Source: Centroscyllium fabricii
Lineage: Eukaryota
Reading direction: 5' to 3'
DNA length: 64,000 nucleotides
Assembly: GCA_051313645.2 (NCBI GenBank)
Contig: JBNRSN020000003.1
Span: forward strand, 215,822,001 to 215,886,000
Made by a program: the position numbers and the translations under genes. A model generated the notes under the pieces. That model was given only the letters and a program-made list of their open reading frames with translations, was not told the DNA's origin and did no database searches. Shown piece by piece: positions 60,481 to 64,000 of the stretch. Positions within the stretch are counted from its first letter, which is position 1. Every line of letters begins with the position of its first letter.

Positions 60481-61868
60481 CATAAGAACATAAGAAATAG
60501 GAGCAGGAGTAGGCCAATCGGCCCCTCGAGCCTGCTCCGCCATTCAATAAGATCATGGCTGATCTGATCCTAACAACCAATCTACTATCACAGAAGCATC
60601 TCCTGCATCTAACAGAATTAGACACACGAAATAGGAGCAGGATCAGGCTACACGGTCCCTGGGCCCACTCCACTACCCACGGGGCCATGACCGATCTGAA
60701 CCTAGACTCATGTCCAAATTCCTGCCCGCTCCCCGTAACCCTTAATCCCTTTTACTACTAGGAAACTGTCTATTTCTGTTTTAAATTTATGTAATGAAGT
60801 AGCTTCTACAGCCTTTTGGGGCAGTATGTTCCATGGACCTACTACCCTCTGAGTGAAGTAGTTTATCCTCATCTCAGTTTTGAAAGAACAGCCCCTTATT
60901 CTAAGTTTATGCCCCAGAGTTCTAGTTTCACCCATCATTGGGAACATCTTCCCCGCATCCACCCGATCCAACCCCTTCACAATCTTATATGTTTCAATAA
61001 GATCTCCCCTCATTCTTCTGAACTCCAATGAGTAGAGTCCCAATCTACTCAACCTCTCCTCATACGTCCAACCCCTCATCCCTGAGATTAACCGAGTGAA
61101 CCTTCTTTGTACTGACTCGAGAGCGAGTATGTCCTTTCTTAAGTATGGACACCAAAACTGTATGCAGTATTCCAGGAGCGGTCTCACCAATACCTTGTAC
61201 AACTGAAGCAATACCTCACTATTTTTATATTCTATACCCCTAGCAATGAAAGCTAACATTCCATTGGCCTTCTTAATCACTTGCTGCACCTGCATACTAA
61301 CCTTTTGAGTTTCGTGCACCAGGATCCCCAGATCCCTTTGTACTACAGTACTTTCCAGTTTCTTGCCATTAAGATAATAATCCGCTCTATGATTTTTTCT
61401 GCCAAAGTGCATAACCTCACACTTTCCAGTATTGTACTCCATCTGCCAAATCTCTGCCCACTGATTTAGCCTGTCTATGTCCCCTTGCAGGTTCTTTATG
61501 TCCTCCTCATTCACCACTTTCCCTCCTATCTTAGTATCATCTGCAAACTTTGATATGTTACACTTGGTCCCCTCCTCCAAATTGTTAATATAAATTGTAA
61601 AGAGTTGGGGACCCAGCACTGACCCCTGCGGAACACCACTAGTTACCGATTGCCAGTCTGAGAATGAGCCATTTATCCCAACTCTCTGCCTTTTGTTAGA
61701 AAGCCAATCCTCTATCCATGCCAGAATATTACCCCCAATTCCGAGATTTTTTTATTTTAAGCAATAATATTTTGTGTGGCACCTTGTCAAATGCCTTTTG
61801 AAAGTCTAAATACACTACGTCCACTGGTTCCCCTTTATCCACCCTATATTTTACTTCCTCAAAGAACT
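60481..61868 (-). mobile_element. 5'-truncated CR1 (third family) with a doubled 3' end
   Basis: ORF 60708..61619 RT C-half with FADD; (TTCTTATG)n tail. Confidence 0.9.
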
Positions 61869-62714
61869 GATATAGATGGGTTGGTCAAATGGGCAGAATA
61901 GGAGCAAATGGAATTTAACCCTGAAACGTGTGAGGTGATGCATTTTGCTAGGACTAACAAGGCAAAGGAATACACAATGAATGGTAGGATCCTAGGAAGG
62001 TCAGAGGATCAGAGGGACCTTGGTGTGCATGTACAAATATCCCTGAAAGCAGCAGGACAGGTAGATAAGTTGGTTAAAAAGGCATATGGGATACTTGCCT
62101 TCATTAGTCGAGGCACAGAATGTAAGAGCAGGGAGTTTATGATGGAGCTGTACAAAACGCTGGTAGGGCCACAGCTGGAGTACTGTGTGCAGTTCTGGTC
62201 GCCACACTATGGGAAGGATGTGATTGTTTTGGAGAGGGTGCAGAGGAGATTCACCAGGCTGTTACCTGGGCTGGAGCACTTCAGCTATGAAGAGAGACTG
62301 GACAGGCTGGGGTTGTTTCCTTAGAGCAGAGAAGGCTGAGGGCTGATTGAGGTGTACAAAATTATAAGGGGCACAGATAGGGTACACAGAAAGGAACTTT
62401 TTCCCTTCGTTGAAGGGTCAATAACCAGGGGAAATAGTTTCAAGGTATGGGGCAGGAGATTTAGAGGGGATTTGAGGAAAAACTTTTTCACCCAGAGGGT
62501 GGTTGGAATCTGGAACTCACTGCCTGAAAAGGTGGTAGAAGCAGGAACCCTCACAACATTCAAGAAGCATTTAGATGAGCACTTGAAACGCCATAGCCAT
62601 AGCATACAAGGCTATGGACAAAGTGCTGGAAAATGGGATTAGAATAGACAGGGCTTGATGGCTGGCGCGGACACGATGGGCCGAAAGGCCTCTTTCTGTG
62701 CTGTATAACTCTGT

Positions 62715-63891
62715 GGACTTGATTTTGCCAGCCCTGGGGAGGCGGGTTTAGAGGTGGGACTGCCGGGAAAATGGCAGAATTTGGAGGCCCCGCCACCAAC
62801 CCACCTCCATGCAATCTTGCCAGGAGGCGGGTAGCCGACCCGCGCCGGGTCCTGCCTCCGGCGGGAAGGGGATTAATGCCAATTAACTGCCTGTTAACAG
62901 GTAGTTCAGAGACAATTTTTTGGCTAATCCCTATTTAGAGACCTGAAGTGTGGGCTTCCCGATGGTTCCACACCTCGCCAGGGTCAGCGAGGTGGGCCGT
63001 CGGTCTGCGGAGGTTGAAGGGGCCGAGATGTCCAGTATACAATTGAGTAATGGGTGCATGTGTGCAGAGGTAATTGTGTGAGGTGTGTGTAAAGTGTTTT
63101 AATAAGTTTTACTTACCTTTTCTATGTTACTTCTTCCTGCAAACACACAGAAACACAGAAGATAGAAGCAGGAGTAGGCCATTCGGCCCTTCGAGCCTGC
63201 TCTGCCATTTTGATGAGATCATGGCTGATCATCCAAACCCAGCACCTCCCTCCTACCCTCTCCCCATATCCCCCGACACCCCCAACTATAAGAACTATAT
63301 CTCACACACATACTCATGGGCAATTTTTAGTATCTCCAATTCACCTAACTTGCATGTCTTTGGGTGGTGGGAGGAAACCGGAGTACCCGGAGGAAACCCC
63401 CACGAACACGGGGAGAACATGCAAACTACACGCAGAGGTCCCAGGCCAAGCAGGATTCAAAACTAGGAGCTCCTTATTGCGAGGCAGCAGTGCTAACCAC
63501 TGCGCCAGCGTGTCGTCCTCCCTTCAGGTCTCAGGAGTCCCTCAGCTCACCGGCACAGAAAGCAGAATGGCCACTGAACTGTCAAAAGCTGCAGCCTTCT
63601 GCTTTCTGGTCAGGAAGGCTTTCTAATTGAGTCTTGAGTAAAGACACAACTTAGAAGACAGATTGTCAGTGTTTGACAGCTTCACAGAGTTCTTGAAAGA
63701 TGAAACGGCACTCGCTGACGTCACCTGTAACTGGCTTTCCCTTAATTGGCCTGCTGAGCCCGTTGGGTGGGCTTAACAAGGTCAATCAAGGGAAAATAGT
63801 GTGGGTTGGCCACAAGTCGATGGAGGCGGGACTAAAACCCAACAACTGGGAGTCCTGCCTCCAAAAGCTCCCCATTGACAAAATCCAGCCC
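62715..63891. mobile_element. MITE family D with a nested SINE
   Basis: TIR GGACTTGATTTT / AAAATCCAGCCC, TSD TGT. Confidence 0.85.
63140..63512 (-). mobile_element. Full-length V-SINE variant with tRNA head
   Basis: Head tggcgcagtggttagcactgctgcctc (box A), V-core, CR1-type tail. Confidence 0.85.
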
Positions 63892-63903
63892 TGTGACTTG
63901 ATA

Positions 63904-64000
63904 GGCTGGATTTTGTTATGGGGTGGGCTAGGGTCGTGTCATCTGCTTTTCGTGTTATCCACCTAATTCCAAATCGATGTGGGAGATTGATGTGATTTTC
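63904..64000. mobile_element. Start of another family-D-like MITE
   Basis: aggctggattttg TIR-like start; runs off the window. Confidence 0.5.

Larger units (their letters stand above)
54549..62714 (+). mobile_element. Full-length CR1 LINE (second family) interrupted by a solo LTR and two other CR1s
   Basis: ~66-bp 5' monomers, ORF1 55296-56238, ORF2 pieces 56229-57325, 59421-60480 and 61869-62642, 3' motif at 62680. Confidence 0.9.

Noticed and set aside
63470-63512. tRNA gene
   Set aside because: tRNA-derived SINE head only; no complete cloverleaf. The same applies at 1545, 9770 and 28050.

Overview
Eukaryotic, vertebrate-type DNA made almost entirely of nested transposable elements. The mix of V-SINE (HE1-like), Deu-domain SINE (SacSINE1-like), esterase-ORF1 CR1 LINEs and PIF/Harbinger MITEs points to a cartilaginous fish (shark/ray); that assignment is inference. 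No host protein-coding gene could be supported. Contents: five Ty3/Gypsy LTR retrotransposons (one PBS-less element, one Mag-type and one non-autonomous element with tRNA-Ser PBS, and two CsRn1-type elements nested in each other), at least five solo LTRs with clean 5-bp TSDs, two near full-length CR1 LINEs plus many fragments, Rex1/Babar, RTE and RTE-X-like fragments, a decayed two-gene Harbinger transposon, two more Myb/SANT remnants, and three MITE families with 3-bp TSDs. The best leads are: (1) a Gypsy element whose PBS position is complementary to its own poly(A)-signal region rather than to a tRNA, next to a U5-terminal hairpin that covaries between LTR families, suggesting self-priming; (2) a UUUAAAC slippery heptamer in exact -1 register joining CR1 ORF1 (esterase) to ORF2; (3) same-orientation YY1-motif arrays in three LTR elements; (4) short, locally templated sequence copies next to CR1/SINE insertions. 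All calls are by eye; no alignments or database searches were run.
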